64,000 nt of DNA, from assembly GCA_040437565.1 (NCBI GenBank), contig JBDOQK010000042.1, forward strand, positions 124,001-188,000. The letters are read 5' to 3'. This document shows, in pieces, positions 1 through 12,692 of this stretch. Source of the stretch: Albugo candida. Lineage: Eukaryota. The translations under genes were made by a program, and so were the position numbers. The first letter of the stretch is position 1, and each line of letters starts with the position of its first letter. The notes beneath the pieces were generated by a model. That model ran no database searches and had not been told where the DNA came from. It saw only the letters and a program-made list of their open reading frames with translations.

Positions 1-3000
1 TTCGCAGTTGGGTGTGGTAAATGCTTGAAGGAATCCAACACCCGACTGACAAAAGGAATCAAGGAACCACTATTGCGAAAATCGTCGGGATCACACTTCT
101 AAGTTGACATACTTATTCAATACGCTATGGAAAGACGGACTACTTCGACCGTGACATGCAGGAGATCATCTGGCACAAAAGTGAAATTTGCCAATCCAAC
201 TCAGTCGTCGGGACGAGGATATTGGAAATGTTCATTACGACTATTTGAGTATCTTTAAGTTGTCGAAGCGATCAAATTGGATTGGAAGCGAATTTAGTGC
301 TCGCACCAGGTGCGGTCAAGTTCGAATCCCGGAAAAATGTGGGAAGTTGGAAGACGAAAACAAGAAACAGTTTAAGGAATTAAGAAAATGGAACAAGAAA
401 GTTGACGTGATGTTGAGTCAAGCAATTGTGTTTCGGAAGCCGCAGCAGCTCGATATCGCACTCAAGATACCAATGAGTCACGTCATTTTTTCGAATCGAG
501 TCTCGAACAATTCAGAATTTCGATTACAAAAAATGCCAAATACAACAAAGATGCGAGCTTCGATCATCACGTGAAGCATACGGAAAACTCCTTCAAGCTT
601 TTCTTCGCCCTCCGGATATTTTTTGTCGTCGCGTGCCGATCGAAAATGTGACCTAAAAATGTGGTACCGTGACATCGAACCCGACGGAGATTATTGACGA
701 ATTTAGCGATCATAAAAGGTGGTGGCATGGGCTCTCTTTATAGCTCCGGGACCGAGTCAGCTGATCCGTGCGAAAGAAAGCAAAAAAAGCTAATCAATTC
801 GATTCAAGTTCCCTTGCGTCCGAAGAGCAAGATCGTCTCTCAACATGCTCAAGTTCGAAGAGATGGCGGAAGCGATTCAACACATGCGGAGTAATTATTC
901 TCCCGGTATGGATAGACTATCAACCACATTTTATCATCTTGATCCGGAAATTTTTGGCGAGAGTCTGACGATCGTATTCGAATATCAGCTAGAAAGAGGT
1001 ATCTTACTTCGATCACAACGTTACTCGGCAATACCATTATTGTACAACAAAGGGTCACGAGGTGATACTGGCAACTATCGACCGATCCCACTAATTAACG
1101 TCGATATAAAAGTACTTTCAAAAGTATTGGCGCATCGATTGCAACGGTTTTTGCCGAGATCGANNNNNNNNNNNNNNNNNNNNNNNNNNNNNNNNNNNNN
1201 NNNNNNNNNNNNNNNNNNNNNNNNNNNNNNNNNNNNNNNNNNNNNNNNNNNNNNNNNNNNNNNATACCATTATTGTACAACAAAGGGTCACGAGGTGATA
1301 CTGGCAACTATCGACCGATCCCACTAATTTACGTCGATATAAAAGTACTTTCAAAAGTATTGGCGCATCGATTGCAACGGTTTTTGCCGAGATCGATCCA
1401 TCAAGATCAAAAAGCATTTGTCCGAGGAAGGTCGATGCGTCACCATATTCGACATCTCACCGACATCCAAAACTTGGTCACTCATCGTGGATAGAAATCG
1501 TATGAGACTTTTTTCGACTTTGAGAAAGATTGTGATCGAGTCAATTGGACGCACGTATTTCGCGTTTTGGAAAAAATGAGCGTTGGAAAAAGTTCCATCG
1601 ACTGGGTTCGTCTTCTGTACAAAACACTAAGGCACAGTTGATGATCAATCGAAATATCACACCGTCCATTACACCACAACGTGGAGTGAAACAAGTTGAT
1701 CCTCTCTCAGCATTACTTTTTCTGATGACGATCGAACCTTTGGGCAATTCACTTCGCCAATATGAAGAACATGGAATTTGGATTAATGGCACGACTGTCG
1801 CAACTGGATCATTTTTCGCGGAAGATTCTACATCGCTTTCAGAGACACCAAATGGTGCTTTGACGCACTCGAACTCGATTGCGATGGAGATGGTGCGAAA
1901 CTCAACTTGAGCAAATTATCTTTGCTCTCGTTGAATCGGACCATGCCGTGTCCTCGTATTCTCAATTTGACCACAATAGGTCCGAACGATTCGGTCAAGT
2001 ATTTGGGTATTCAGTTCGTCCAGAAAACGACTCATTCGATGGGTTTTTTTAATCTCGACTAGCGTTTTTATGATGGGTTTGGTGTATGGTTTCGACGTGC
2101 ACGAACTGTCCGTGGTCGACTACTGGTTGCGCAGACGATGATTTTATCACGTCTGCGGCATTACACGATGCTCGTGGACATACCAGAAGAGACTATTCGA
2201 CACTGGCAATCGATGTTTAATCGATCAACACGTCCACCTACTCAGCAGAGAATTTTTATATTTTCGCCGATAAGATGGTGGACTTCAAGTTCCTTTTTTG
2301 TTGGGACGACTAAAACTACAACGTATTCAATTACTTCAGCAGTTCGCATCCGGTGCGTCGACAATTATTCCTGCGAATTGGACAGCTGCTTCGAAGGAAT
2401 TATTTTAGAACTTATTCAACCTTCCTTTGGACCACACAAGCCGATGCATATAATCACTATCGCACCACATCGACATGAGAAAATGATTCAATGGGAGAGA
2501 ACATCTTCTTGTTGAAAACACGCATTTAGGATGTGGCATCAGATGGATTGGAGCATTACAATATCCGATTTGAATGTTCTACAACGCCGTCAGTACTACA
2601 TGGAGCAATCGATGTGGTTTCACTGCGACTAAGAATTACATTATGAAGCTGCTACTCGTAAGCCAAGTCTTCAGAACGTTTGGTACGATCTTGGGATGGT
2701 AGATGAGCCACATCGCACATTTCAAAAATCGTTCGCTACAGCTTTTGACATCAAAAGCCTTCAAGACTTTTTTCGAGAAAGCGACGTATTTCCAGCGAAG
2801 GAAGATTTCGTCGCCAACTATTACAACGACGAACAGCTGAACACATCGTATACGGCTGAGTAAAGGTTGATGAGTCGACTTCACAAATGCAGTCACTTAG
2901 ATACTCCAGTGTATCCACTCGACGATTGATCTCATCAATTGGACCCAGCCAAACACAAGTGGTAGATCGTTCTATGTGGGAGTACAAAGAAAGTATAGGA

Positions 3001-3993
3001 AGCATTTTTCCCCATATATTCCACTCTCACGAATCGTCTGGAAACCTACCGAGCCAACCAATAGTCATTCGATGTCAACACATTGGTCATCACGGGAGAG
3101 ATCGGATGCAATGGGTTCAGAACGATTTGGAACATTTATGGCTACATCCCGGCATCTTTGGAAATGTGTCTTACCGATTTTCGAAGATTTACAGTTTCTT
3201 CTGGCCTTTCGGATGTTGATGGTTCGATCTCGTTCTGGTTTTTAGAGGATTTTCAGCCCTACATTACAATTTGCACAGTGAAATCCGATCAAACCTCTTT
3301 CTTGAGTGCGATCACACAGCACAGTTTTGCAGAAAGCTTGAAAGCTTCTCCCTAGTTGGGATCCTTTTTTTTCATCACGACCACGTTGGCCGCATATTGC
3401 ATGTGCAATCGTGCCAACCCTTCAGCTGCTATGAAATAATTATCAGCAAATTATATCAGATTTATGGCTTCTATTGCAAGAGGTGACTATGTACTTCGTC
3501 TATACCGATCGGAATTGTCGTTTGTTCGATCAGCGATCAGCAAATCCGACAATTCCAGCACTTTCCGTGATCCACACCGCGTTTAGTGCACACACACGTT
3601 CGGTACTTTCGAAGACTGTGTTACGATCAAGAAGAACGCATTTTGCTTGCAAAGGTGTTGGATCAACTCGCAACGCAAGGATCATTCGAAGTATTTTTCA
3701 GAAGTCGAAGATCATTGCTGGGGGGTACGACACAGACAAGTAAAAATGTAAGTGCAACTCGGATCCCAGTCCTATCTGGATGGCACTGTTCAGCCTAGTG
3801 TGGTACACACCCATTTGCAAAACACGGTACTTCTGGGCAAGGCTACGGTTTCGAGGCTACTGCAATACAAGATTATTTATCAACTCGCAGAGGTCTCTCA
3901 CGAAACGTTTTTTATACGTTTACATCTTGTTCAAGATAGCCTAGGCAACAAGAGAAGTCTGTTCGTCTAATTCTGGTAATATAGACACCTTCA
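1..3993 (+). mobile_element. Decayed L1/Tx1-clade non-LTR retrotransposon (ORF2: RT plus C-terminal zinc-finger remnant; 5' end outside window)
   Basis: Frameshifted ORF2 motifs in order: SPGMDRLSTTFY (~900), NYRPIPLINVDIKVLSKVLAHRL (1070-1140 and 1300-1375), DFEKDCDRVNW (~1515-1548), RGVKQVDPLSALLF and FAED (1680-1825), VKYLGI (~1995), LFLECDHTAQF (~3295-3330). The 3' end is defined by homology with copies at 28908-29176 and 63498-64000. Confidence 0.9.
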
Positions 3994-4045
3994 GAAGAGC
4001 TGGACCGGTCCTCCTTTTGACGCAGGGTCGTATTGAATCAAGAAA

Positions 4046-4151
4046 CAGGTATTCTCGTAAAATGTTTGTATGCAAAAACGTTTTCTTGAGACAGCATAGG
4101 CATTTAGAAAGTTTAGTTAGTTTACCTCTCTACTAATATAAACCTTCAACT
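4046..4151 (+). repeat. Degenerate second copy of the LINE 3' terminus, in tandem with the first
   Basis: caggtattctcgtaaaatg...gagacagcataggca...ctactaatataaaccttcaact aligns by eye with the element terminus (caggtatttcacgaaacg...aagatagcctaggca...ctagtaatatagacaccttcaact). Confidence 0.6.
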
Positions 4152-6862
4152 GATCTAATTATAAACGAGCGGACCTCGAAGAGATACATTCTGATTAGAT
4201 CACCAGCCCCGACTAATGCTTGCCACGATGAAATATAATCACTTTAAATGATAGAAGTCTGCAAACAGTTCGTATTCATGAGGCCAAGATTGTCGTGATG
4301 CATCAAGTACACAAAAGTTATCTATGATTACTAATTATCCTATTCTTTTTTCAGCATTATTTCTTATCAAGGAACCAGGATACAAACTCGGCTAGGTGAA
4401 ACAAGCAGTAGAGCATACGGTGGACAATCAATATGGAAGCTTCACCTCAAGTCATGTTATCTTATACCCTCTAGTTGATCCCAGATTTACAAGTAGCCGA
4501 GTTTACTAGAATTGCGTTCAGGATGACTCTCTATCAGATTTCTTAACAGAATCAAATGTGTTAATTAGCGAGGCACAAGTACACTCGCAAGTAGGGGACC
4601 TTGCAAGAAATGACTTTCAAAGTTTCCTTAACTAATAAATGTATCGCTAGGATCTAGATCTTGAGCGGCCATACTTTTGCATCTCTCCTTCCGGTTCGGA
4701 TGATATAGACCGTGCATAAGCATTAAACAGCTCAACAAATTGTTTGATTTCATTTCACGAATGACGCATTTTTCTGGATCTGACGAGAGATTCGCTGGTG
4801 GCTCTGGGCATTATATAAACTGATTGTTATTTTCTATTAGCAGTGCCTTCTGGGTGTTGGTTTGAGTTGTATACAAAACAGTCTGGCTCCCTTTTACCTC
4901 ATAATATCTCCACAAATTTTAGTCATTCATTACAGCACTGCCGAATCTACCTCGACTCCGCACAGCCAGACCACTTCAGTCGTCACTACTTTCAGGCATC
5001 CGACAGGATTCATTGTCATCGCACTCAGAGTTACACTCCTTGAACACATTTGTTTTCGGCTCGTTCTTTCCCTTATCTCGGGCAAAAAATTCAACCTATT
5101 CTCGATCCGGCAATCTCTAGGTCTGGTCAGAAAATCAAAAGGTTTGCAATCGTTGAATACTCGGTAGTTATTTGATCCAATGATGGCAGGAATGATTCAA
5201 TTCTTATCTCTCTTGATTTCATTCGTGATGAGTAGGTGTATTACGTTAGAGGTGTCCGAATCGCCTGACACTGACCTCTTGATACCCTAGTATAGGTGTT
5301 AGTGAGTTTGGCTACTGATTTCACGTAATGCAGAAACTAACATATCTAATATAGCTGAATGTTGCGGTTCTCTCTCACCACGGTATTCGAGGAAGAACAT
5401 GGATCTATTAAGTAACAGAACAAGCTAGAATATAGAAAACCATATGATTTGGTCCTACTCTGTTGACCACCAAGACTTGCCAAAAAATACGATGCATTAC
5501 AAATGGGTTGAACACCACAGAGGTTGAGATTCAGTCAACAATCATCACGCACTGTGAATTCGACCCATGCATAAAAATTCTTTCACTCCTTTATTTTCAT
5601 TCCACACGGCCTTTTATCGCATTGAAGCGATATACGGATCCTATCCTCCGTGGTTCTGAGCACTACCCATAGTGTCTGCGGCTGGATTATGAGTAAGATA
5701 CCTGGGTTGAATGTCTGATTGATTATGTAAGGTTGGTGGCGCAAATATCTACAACCACTCCTGTGATACTCTTACAAATCGGAAAAAGCTGATTCACTAG
5801 AACTCCATAACATTTCTGTCATGTTGAGGGGTACTTTTACAACCGTTTTTTTTCAAAAAAACATGTCAATGCACATTTGAATTCGCTACGACTCGCAACC
5901 ATATACCCTTTTTCCCTCGCGCAGGTTTGTCGTAGTAAAATCGATCCTGAGATAGATTGAGCATGCTCACTTACTCTAAAACCAATGCAATCATTGGATC
6001 CGTCTCAGAATAATGTCTTTGAGACGAACTTTTCTCCGTCTTAAAGTCACAATGGAGTAGCGTATCGTACGCATATTGGGTGTCTTTATTGAAGCAATTC
6101 TTAATGTTTCTATAGAATTAATGCTTAGCTGCAAAAGAACAAGACGGGCAAGGCATCTATTGCATCTCTTCTGTGGGAAAGATGCCAATAAAAGGTAGGA
6201 CGTTTACATTTAACATCTTACGACCTTCAAATTCCACATAAGGAGATAAACAGCTGTACATGCAGTTAAGAAGCGCTAAGCTCGGTAAGGTTCCTGGCGT
6301 GGAGTATAGATGGACAGGATCGTTATGCAAAGCTCAGGACTGCAACAAGTTGCATGGAGTCGTAATCATGGTCTCGTAACTACTCATCCAGAGAGCGCCA
6401 AATCGTATTCAAAAAGCAAGATTTTCATCTCTTATTTTGGCGCCTCCGTATTTTCTGCGACGATTGCATTCACTTGTTCTTCACAGCATCAAGATGATGA
6501 CTGCTATTTTATGCAAAGTACGAAACGGTCCATTTGCGGTGTGTAGAACTCCCGCATTTTATTCCCGAGTATGACTGCAACTAAAGCACATTTCGGAGCA
6601 CTCCAACTTGTTTGATTTTGCTGACACGGGGAATTTGATGCCTCTCACAAGGAACGGCAAAGTCTGCCGTCGGAAATTAAAAATCTTGCGTGCATACCTA
6701 ACAAAAATAGAATGCGACGAGTTCCATTCTTATTTTCGAAGCTTCTATATTCCCTTCTTCAACATTCGCACCTTCCATTTTTATAGAAATACAATAATAA
6801 ATACTTTTGTATTTCAATTACAGCTTCATTTTTCACAAGGAATTCACGGTACTATCTACAGC

Positions 6863-9292
6863 TCAGGCGGAAGTGGCTGTTAAATGATGCATCGGAGCGG
6901 GCGAAGTCGGTGACGATGGCGTTGATCGACCGCCTGAAGCTGAAGAATACGAAGAGGTCTTACAGTATGGTCGATTTCGTTTTGCAAAATTCGGATTGCC
7001 GCCGCACATTTTCATATCGGCGGAAAAGCTTTTGTTCGGATGAATCTCTTCCGCCGCTTTAGAGCCAACAGAGACGACCAAATTTGTTGCATTTCGTCCA
7101 CTTGCATTCTCAAGAGCGTGGATAGATCCAAACGAGACAACTGGACTTAATTTCTTAGACTCAATGAGGGAGGCTCCATTCAGTCGAACCGGTTCGGGTT
7201 TCGCATGTATCTCATTCGCCTTTGCAGTGGAAGAGGCTGCAGCTTGTGTGAGTGCTTCAATCGTTGCAGCTATCTGAGGCAACTTTTTATGTGCAACCGC
7301 TCTTTTATGATATGCTCTTCTCGCAGCCCGTAATTGATTCTGTACTTGACATCTCGGGCACGGACCGCCTTTCCGATGTCGATGTTTGGTGCCTTCCACT
7401 TTGATTTCAGTCGCTTCAATTTTCCGTTTTAATTCCTTCAAATCTTGTGGTAAATTACTAGACTCGGGTAATGGAAGTGTCTCTAACTTCGATAATGCCA
7501 ATTTGGAGATAGTGGCGCCTCCAAGACTATTGGCAAAGACAGAGCTCAATCCTTTGACATCTAAATCTTGTTCGGTAAATGTTGTGTCGAGATCACACAG
7601 AGTTTCTTGTATTTTCAGACTCATATTTCGTTTTCGTTCTTCTCTTTTCTTCAGTTTCTTTTCGCCTTTGAAAGTCGAAGTCACAGAGCACGAAACACTT
7701 GCACTCATTCCGATTCCACTGAGCATAGGAACCATATTATTGTTGACACCTTCGACGTTGGAATGTCCTTGTGTACCAAAGAGGAGGCTGCTTGCGAGTG
7801 AGCCACCCAATGTCCCGTGACTGGCTGCAGCAGCCGCAAGTCGACTACCAGGAACGTCGATATTGACGAGTTTGATTCGGTTTTTGTACGGGCCAGAAAA
7901 CTTCCGTCGATTCCAGCATGAGCTCAGAATTCGACTCACGCGACGATTTTGAAGGGTGCTAAAGTCCATCGAGTCCCAATCTTCCACTGATTCGTCGTTC
8001 GCTTTACTTTGACATTGACGTTGCTCAGGTGCCACAAATCGGTTGATAGTCTGATAAATGGCACGAGACGGTGAAGTAGGTGACGCAGAAGGTGTTAAAT
8101 CCGCCGATGAGCCATTTTTTAATTCGGAGCGACATACAGACTCGGAATCAGATGAACTGGAGAGACGTGGATTACGGGTGTGTAAGAGCCGTTTCCGTCG
8201 CTTTTTGTGGGATTCTGAGCGATTTCTTACATCCCAATCCAAACGAAATCGATTCTCGCGATCACAAAGAAGAGAGTGATCAATACAGGACAACAGATCC
8301 GGAGGAAATTCATCGACTGCGCCCCACATCGACTCATCCTCGCACTCTTGCGTCCAGAGTCGGTCCTTGGAAACGGTATCTATCGGTCGATTGTACGTCG
8401 ATTGAATGGATTCGAGCGGGTCTGATGTGTCTTTTGAAGTGTTTGATGAGTTCCATGGCGCTCGGATGGGGCATTCTGCAACTTTAGGTGACCATGTATG
8501 CACTGAGATATCATCTTCATCCATTGGTGCCGAAAGCGATGAATCAATCTGATCGGAAGCGGTCGAATCAGATGGACAAGAATCAAAGGAAAATGAGTCG
8601 ATGACACCTTCTCGAGGGCGTTTGGATGGTCGAAGGCTTTTGGACTGTTCGGAAAATGGCGATGTAGTCGGTGGGATGGAATGGAGGGAAGACGAAGGCG
8701 TTGGCGCATATGGGGCATCTACCTCCGAGATATGATCTTTTCTATAATTTGATATTGATGCGAATTGTAAGGTTCGATTATCTTGTGCGTTGAGCGTCGA
8801 TTCCAAGACGTCAAGACTGTGATCAATTTGCAGCTGAAGATCGATCCAGACTTGTTCTTGTGCTCGAGCATTGCGGATATTTGCATTACATTTCGAAGGT
8901 AGCGCGGGTACGTTTCTGGAAGCCGATTGTGTAATTTCGGAAGAGTTGAGTGTATTTTGTTGTATTCCACACGACCGTGGAGACGTTTTCGTTGTGTGAC
9001 ACCCGTGTTTCGTGCACGTTAATTTGGAAACCAGGACTTGAGACAAATGATTATTTTGCTCCAGTAGAGAGTGTATACGTTGCACCAACTCTTTGGTATT
9101 ACAATTCGAATTCGTATAGTCTTTCATAATTGCAAGGAATTCCATGTACGAGGTCTGAGAGCTTGTATCGTTTTCTGGTTGTTTCGCATTAGTCTCTACT
9201 GATCTTGGGTTCGGTGTGGTTGAAGAATGAGAGCTCGATAGCATGGCTGTTGCACCGACAGATGTACCAGACCGTATACTTTCCATCAACAT
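6863..9292 (-). CDS. 809-aa largely disordered protein with an N-terminal PAH (Sin3 paired amphipathic helix)-like domain and a C-terminal HRHRKGGPCPRC motif
   Basis: Long uninterrupted ATG-started ORF. YMEFLAIMKDYTNSNCNTKELVQRIHSLLEQNNHL fits the PAH pattern. It also has basic NLS-like runs (HKKRRKR, KKLKKREERKR) and a His/Cys cluster. Confidence 0.8.
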   Translation of the reverse strand: MLMESIRSGTSVGATAMLSSSHSSTTPNPRSVETNAKQPENDTSSQTSYMEFLAIMKDYTNSNCNTKELVQRIHSLLEQNNHLSQVLVSKLTCTKHGCHTTKTSPRSCGIQQNTLNSSEITQSASRNVPALPSKCNANIRNARAQEQVWIDLQLQIDHSLDVLESTLNAQDNRTLQFASISNYRKDHISEVDAPYAPTPSSSLHSIPPTTSPFSEQSKSLRPSKRPREGVIDSFSFDSCPSDSTASDQIDSSLSAPMDEDDISVHTWSPKVAECPIRAPWNSSNTSKDTSDPLESIQSTYNRPIDTVSKDRLWTQECEDESMWGAVDEFPPDLLSCIDHSLLCDRENRFRLDWDVRNRSESHKKRRKRLLHTRNPRLSSSSDSESVCRSELKNGSSADLTPSASPTSPSRAIYQTINRFVAPEQRQCQSKANDESVEDWDSMDFSTLQNRRVSRILSSCWNRRKFSGPYKNRIKLVNIDVPGSRLAAAAASHGTLGGSLASSLLFGTQGHSNVEGVNNNMVPMLSGIGMSASVSCSVTSTFKGEKKLKKREERKRNMSLKIQETLCDLDTTFTEQDLDVKGLSSVFANSLGGATISKLALSKLETLPLPESSNLPQDLKELKRKIEATEIKVEGTKHRHRKGGPCPRCQVQNQLRAARRAYHKRAVAHKKLPQIAATIEALTQAAASSTAKANEIHAKPEPVRLNGASLIESKKLSPVVSFGSIHALENASGRNATNLVVSVGSKAAEEIHPNKSFSADMKMCGGNPNFAKRNRPYCKTSSYSSASGGRSTPSSPTSPAPMHHLTATSA

Positions 9293-10094
9293 TGTGCACT
9301 CGTGTATGTTTCTATTAAAATTGAATATGAATTTATGATCAGTGCGGATGTGATTATAAGACGTCAGTTTATAATCTCGTGAATGATTGACACAAACTTC
9401 TAAACGGTGCGATTGAAGCGTGTCAGTGAGTGTGTGTGGTTACGAATTTGTGTCGCGTTCGGCACAGTCGCGAAAGGTCCGTGCGTTTTTAGTCTGTCGA
9501 TAAAATGAGTAATGTACCGTATGAATTTATTCTCAGTAAAGTTTTGGGATGTGTGCGGTAGATAATTGATTTCGCTGAGGTAAATATAAAATAATTCTTA
9601 CAAAAATAGACGGCTAGATACTTTTTGTCATCATGTTTTAGAGATTATCAAAGAGTGTAGTCCTATATTTTATTATATCAAAACATAGAGTTTCGTGGTA
9701 AAACTCGTTTATTACCTNNNNNNNNNNNNNNNNNNNNNNNNNNNNNNNNNNNNNNNNNNNNNNNNNNNNNNNNNNNNNNNNNNNNNNNNNNNNNNNNNNN
9801 NNNNNNNNNNNNNNNNNTTATATCAAAACATAGAGTTTCCTGGTAAAACTCGTTTATTACCTGGGTGCCACGCGTACAAAAACTTCGAAGCAGAGAATTG
9901 GTCAGTATACCTCCGTTTCGATACAAAAGTAATCAATGAGAACCATGTTTGAATTATTCAACCGCTTATAAGCCAATGATCGGGGTGTAAGTATACTATA
10001 CACGACCCGTCGCTACTGATACGAGCAAAAAAATAAAAAGTCGGGACGCGCGCACTTTGTTGCTCATAGGACATATCCTTTTACTTTTTATATC

Positions 10095-11465
10095 TTACTC
10101 TAGCTTTTCCATCGTCAATAATTGTCGTGCGTACTTGCTCGTTATTTGTTGTTCCGACATAAATAATAAACGCAACTTTGGATGCGTGGGAATGATGTAC
10201 GAAGTACCGACTGTCGTTGGAAACAAGTAAACAAGTCGTCCACCAACACGTAATGTTCGTGCCGCAAACTCGAGTAAATCTTTCATTACATCCTCTGGTC
10301 CGTATGGTTGTGTGGGTATAATATATGGGTCCTTGTGATCGATGTGTGACCCGTTACCTTGTGACCGTTTTGCACCTTGTCGACCAGTTTTACGAGCTCC
10401 GGCTCGAATACCATACGGCGGGTCACATATAACAGCGTCAAAAAACCCGATACAGCGTTCCCATATTGGCGAATGAGAATTATCGGCGCGAATTATTTCA
10501 GGAAGCGGGAGACCGTATTGCTTGAAATTCGAAACGACATTGACCCGTTTTTGATCGCTACCGTTCGCGTTGATGGGTTTTGATTCATTGAGTTTTCGTT
10601 GGCGACGGGTTCTTTCTTTTGGTGGAATCGAGCCAGATACACCAACTCCAGTACCTAATAACACGCGAAAGTCGATATCACTTCCGACACACATTGCCCC
10701 ATACTTGGCGCAAGGAATTAATACACTTCCAGTACCAATAAACGGGTCAATAACGATATCATTGGGCCGTACGAGCGCCATGTTACACATCAAAAGAGCT
10801 ATCTCACTCTCCATGGACGTCGGCCCGATATACGCGCGACGTTTTAATGTATGAATATCAATAAGGTCACGGGCTCCTCCTCGTCCGCGATTTCGCTCGC
10901 TTCCTGCAATCTGACGAAGGAAATAAAGTCGTTTGGGTTTTTCCAAAGTAGCGTTTTTCACATTAATATCGACTTCTTCTAGGATCAAAAATGTCTCGGT
11001 CGAATCTTTCATCTGAACGGGACCTTTGAACGGCAAACTGTCACGTAATTCGCCACGTATCCGCTCCTGCTCCTCCATGGAAAGCTTCTTGCCGAAAGAT
11101 TCCACATTCATGCGCCAGGAAGTCGCAGGGTTTTCCAAAATGGCGAGTTTGTCGGATGACAGAGAGCTTCGAATAGAGGCCGCTAATTGGTCGTAAGTAG
11201 GCGATTCTGTCGGATCAATTGGCTCCACTGCGCCCCAAACTTGATACACGCCTTTGATTAATATTCCTCGCTCGGATAAGAATTTGGCTGCTTCTATGGT
11301 GGGTAGATGGACCCGTAATACTGGTGATAAGTTGGGGTCTGGAAGGGAATCTATATCACCTAACAGCGTATCAAAGTTTAATCCATACAGCGTGTAGATG
11401 GCATGAAGCTCTGGATATCGGAATGCAAAGTGTCGATGCACAAAAAGGATCAGAAAAGAAGGCAT
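10095..11465 (-). CDS. TRM11: tRNA (guanine(10)-N2)-methyltransferase catalytic subunit, Trm11 family
   Basis: N-terminal FRYPEL, THUMP-like middle region, LKRRAYIGPTSM, DPFIGTGS SAM-binding motif, GSDID and DAVICDPPYGIRAG. Confidence 0.93.
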   Translation of the reverse strand: MPSFLILFVHRHFAFRYPELHAIYTLYGLNFDTLLGDIDSLPDPNLSPVLRVHLPTIEAAKFLSERGILIKGVYQVWGAVEPIDPTESPTYDQLAASIRSSLSSDKLAILENPATSWRMNVESFGKKLSMEEQERIRGELRDSLPFKGPVQMKDSTETFLILEEVDINVKNATLEKPKRLYFLRQIAGSERNRGRGGARDLIDIHTLKRRAYIGPTSMESEIALLMCNMALVRPNDIVIDPFIGTGSVLIPCAKYGAMCVGSDIDFRVLLGTGVGVSGSIPPKERTRRQRKLNESKPINANGSDQKRVNVVSNFKQYGLPLPEIIRADNSHSPIWERCIGFFDAVICDPPYGIRAGARKTGRQGAKRSQGNGSHIDHKDPYIIPTQPYGPEDVMKDLLEFAARTLRVGGRLVYLFPTTVGTSYIIPTHPKLRLLFMSEQQITSKYARQLLTMEKLE

Positions 11466-11645
11466 CGATGCAAGTGAGCTGTACTTTTCATTGGTCGTGA
11501 CGTCACGAACTTTATAATATGATAGCCTTCATAAATACATTACATNNNNNNNNNNNNNNNNNNNNNNNNNNNNNNNNNNNNNNNNNNNNNNNNNNNNNNN
11601 NNNNNNNNNNNNNNNNNNNNNNNNNNNNNNNNNNNNNNNNNNNNN

Positions 11646-11870
11646 TTTGAGAACTGATAATGTTGATTAAAAAGTTCATGAACGCGGTCAGTCATCATCG
11701 TATCAACCAAAACAGCTTCCTCGTCACAAATGATATCTTGCAGACCTTTTATCAACTCTATCGAGCTACACCCAAACTCTTCGTTTCACATATCATATTC
11801 AGTATGAGTGTATGGTGGCACAACAATCCCATAGAAATTATATCGGAATGATGATACCTCATCAATCTAT
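11646..11870 (-). mobile_element. Possible MULE transposase remnant
   Basis: Reads ...VDTMMTDR...(A)FMN, resembling the VTDRELALMNAL motif of the MULE at 29.8 kb; short and next to a gap. Confidence 0.35.
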
Positions 11871-12692
11871 CGCTTTTTGAAATGTGCGTTTCAGTAAGAA
11901 GAAAGAGCTCTGTGTAGCGAATATGAATGCGCATCTTAAGCCTCCGTACATTCGAGAATTGAAATTGCTGTAAGATGAAGCTGTTGAGTAAGCATACAAC
12001 TTATAGGGACTACAGTCCCTTACATCAAGTCGCAGGTCCGATACAACGAAATTCGCCGATTTTGATAGTATAAGATGATCGAGTGTTTCCATTCAAATCC
12101 GCATCGAAAGATGCAGGTTTCTTTGATGTGAGTAGATCGTGTCTACCAATTAGACATCGAGGGCTACAGAGCGACGATCCGATAGCTTGCCGTAAATGCT
12201 AAAGCGCATTCTAGCTGTTGGTTGCGGTGTTGATCACATCCATCGGTATCCCTTTGCAGACCTCAGAGATCTACTGCAAGCGTATGAAGCTTTCGTTTTA
12301 TTGTTGTGATTGCCACGATTCATCCTGAGAGATAATGCTCCGCTAACGTCTATCGAAGCTCTATCGGAAAAAGTATACACGGATGGAGACTCACTGTGGT
12401 CTTGCAGGAGCATAAAAAAGAATACAATTGTAGCGGCCACATTACGGAATGCAAGCTATTTCATCTTCTTTTCGCGCTATCATTTTAAGCTTTGTTAGAA
12501 TAATCGTCTTGCAAGTAGGCTGCCTAATAAAAGATACATTTATTGGCTATATTCCGTTGATATCTTTTATGTTTGCTCTTCTTATAAGTTTGTTTTGGAA
12601 TGCATTTGACATTGACAGTCTCCTATTTTGAATGACTTTTAGTATCGCATGCAGAAAACAAGTGCTGCAAAAGACGCTCATATTTCTAAATA

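Noticed and set aside
4384-4504. 11-bp inverted repeat AAACTCGGCTA/TAGCCGAGTTT
   Set aside because: Too short, no TSD and no second copy seen.
7386-8970. Antisense and alternate-frame ORFs inside long genes (also within TRM11, the ICME-like gene and the PDR gene)
   Set aside because: Shadow ORFs with no independent motifs.
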